A stretch of 32,000 nucleotides of DNA from Bdellovibrionales bacterium (GTDB lineage Bacteria > Bdellovibrionota > Bdellovibrionia > Bdellovibrionales > UBA1609), in NCBI GenBank assembly GCA_963692945.1, contig OY843585.1, forward strand, positions 270,001 through 302,000, in the 5' to 3' direction. The position numbers and the translations under genes were made by a program. A model generated the notes under the pieces. The model did not search any database. It had not been told where the DNA came from and worked only from the letters and a program-made list of their open reading frames with translations. Positions 31,663 through 32,000 of the stretch are shown piece after piece (position 1 is the stretch's first letter; the number at the start of each line of letters is the position of its first letter).

Positions 31663-32000
31663 ATGAAAATTTTTATTGATACAGCTCATATTGAAGAAAT
31701 TAAAGAGAGTTTTGATCAAGGGCTTATTGATGGTGTAACAACCAACCCGACCCTTGTTTCTAAAGTAGGAAAAACTCACGAAGGTCTCATTAGAGAGATC
31801 TGTGAATTTTTAAAAGATAAACCTGTTTCGGCTGAAGTTTTATCAGTTACAGCAAAGGATATGGTTGAAGAGGGAAGAAAAATTTTTAATATACATTCTT
31901 CCGTGGTTGTAAAAATTCCTTTAACTTCAGAAGGGCTAAAGGCTGTCAAAATACTAAATGCCGAAAAGATACCAACCAATGTGACCCTTTGTTTTAGTGT
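31663..32000 (+). CDS. tal: transaldolase / fructose-6-phosphate aldolase family (short type), 5' part; runs off the right edge
   Basis: Hand translation from ATG 31663 gives MKIFIDTAHIEEIKESFDQGLIDGVTTNPTLVSKVGKTHEGL...VVVKIPLTSEGLKAVKILNAEKIPTNVTLCFS. This matches the short Tal/FSA pattern, including the Schiff-base Lys in VKIP. It is open to the window end. Confidence 0.88.
   Translation, partial: MKIFIDTAHIEEIKESFDQGLIDGVTTNPTLVSKVGKTHEGLIREICEFLKDKPVSAEVLSVTAKDMVEEGRKIFNIHSSVVVKIPLTSEGLKAVKILNAEKIPTNVTLCFS

Overview
This is an AT-rich (roughly 35% GC by eye), very tightly packed bacterial chromosome segment spanning the classical replication-origin neighbourhood. On the minus strand at the left edge lie yidC (partial), yidD, rnpA and rpmH. 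They diverge from a long plus-strand string: dnaA, dnaN, recF, gyrB, gyrA, a TPR-like secreted protein, then an F0-only ATP synthase cluster (atpZ-like, atpI, atpB, atpE). A hairpin at about 12.59 kb separates this string from a long minus-strand run. That run holds two parvulin-type PPIase paralogs, a SurA-like protein, pdxA, a phosphomanno/phosphoglucomutase, and finally a two-gene type II restriction-modification module (beta-class DPPY methyltransferase plus a Cys-rich HNH-like nuclease). The R-M module is the only clearly accessory element in the window. Further right are etfBA diverging from sdhCAB (Bacillus-type di-haem cytochrome b558 class), rpsF-rplI, a convergent operon of a tandem-Fis-domain protein plus dnaB, then ftsK, dapA, dapB and the start of a transaldolase/FSA-family gene. 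SurA/parvulins, a YidC with a long periplasmic domain and the split atp operon suggest a diderm, possibly a Bdellovibrio/Oligoflexia-like lineage, but that is a guess. I see no rRNA, tRNA, CRISPR array, transposase, integrase or prophage genes, and no gap is larger than about 210 nt. Three genes missing from the ORF track were recovered by hand translation: rpmH, an AtpZ-like 56-aa ORF, and the edge-truncated yidC and tal. The window is mostly ordinary core genome, and I found no convincing large novel system. The most unusual items are the single-chain tandem-Fis protein co-transcribed with dnaB and the small R-M module with an uncharacterised HNH-like nuclease. All product calls rest on motif recognition and synteny; no database search was possible.
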